Source of the DNA: Isurus oxyrinchus
Taxonomy: Eukaryota
DNA: 64,000 nucleotides
NCBI GenBank assembly: GCA_026770705.1
Contig: JANJGN010000026.1
Location: forward strand, 34,844,001-34,908,000
Direction: 5' to 3'
A program made the translations under genes and the position numbers. Below the pieces are notes generated by a model. It was given only the letters and a program-made list of their open reading frames with translations. It had not been told where the DNA came from and did not search any database. Positions 63,570 to 64,000 of this stretch are shown here, in pieces. Each line of letters opens with the position of its first letter. Position 1 is the first letter of the stretch.

Positions 63570-63940
63570 GGTGGAGCTGAAGAAAGCAACTAGGAGAGCA
63601 AAGAGGGGATATGAGAAAGCATTGGCTGGTAAAAGTAGGGAAAATCCTAAGATATTCTACAAGTGTGTCAATGGGAAGAGGATAACCAGGGAAAGAGTAG
63701 GGCCCATAAGGGACGAAGGTGGCAATCAATGGGTGGAGCCAGAGGACATCGCTGAGAGTGTTGAATGAACACTTCACATCTGTCTTCACCCAAGAGAATG
63801 AGGATGAAGGTATGGAACTCAGGGAGTGAGACTGCGAGGTTCTTAAGAGCAAATTGATATAGGGAGTGACAAGGAATTGGAGGTGTTGGCGTGCTTAAAA
63901 GGGGACAAATCTCTAGGTCCGGATGATTTGTGAACAGAGG
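63570..63940 (+). mobile_element. CR1 LINE ORF2 fragment
   Basis: ELKKATRRAKRGYEKALAGKSRENPKIFYKCVNGKRITRERVGPIRDEGGN. Confidence 0.85.
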
Positions 63941-64000
63941 TAGAGAAATCTCTCGAATGAACAATAACTAAAGCTTAATATGACGGACTGTTCTTCCAGA

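Noticed and set aside
1-64000. TCR or Ig constant exons and TCR J arrays
   Set aside because: No C1-set exon or FGXG J segment with a 12-RSS was seen; these must lie outside the window.

Overview
This is eukaryotic genomic DNA from a cartilaginous fish (shark-type CR1/L2 LINEs, tRNA- and Deu-domain SINEs, 27-bp minisatellites), covering part of the V-gene region of the T-cell receptor alpha/delta (TCRAD) locus. Its centrepiece is a complete NAR-TCR cassette on the + strand: leader (19047-19089), IgNAR-like V (19238-19520, RSS-22), one 12/12 D (19913-19929) and J (20305-20354, RSS-23). The J splices in frame to a leaderless supporting TCR-delta V (23266-23565). That supporting V is followed by three intact tandem 23-RSSs plus a degenerate fourth, and it has lost its first canonical Cys. 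About 15 further TRAV/TRDV-type segments lie in both orientations: 3 apparently functional (36.8, 47.5, 49.8 kb), 1 open V with a dead leader splice donor (33.5 kb), and the rest pseudogenes, many produced by block duplications. One V family has a conserved 24-nt RSS spacer and a CTCF-like motif about 20-25 bp past the RSS. A GPR139-like GPCR pseudogene sits inside the V array. No TCR D-J-C region or constant exon is visible. There are two assembly gaps (23794-23959, 53933-54082). All coordinates and translations were read by hand, and family names come from recognition, not database searches.
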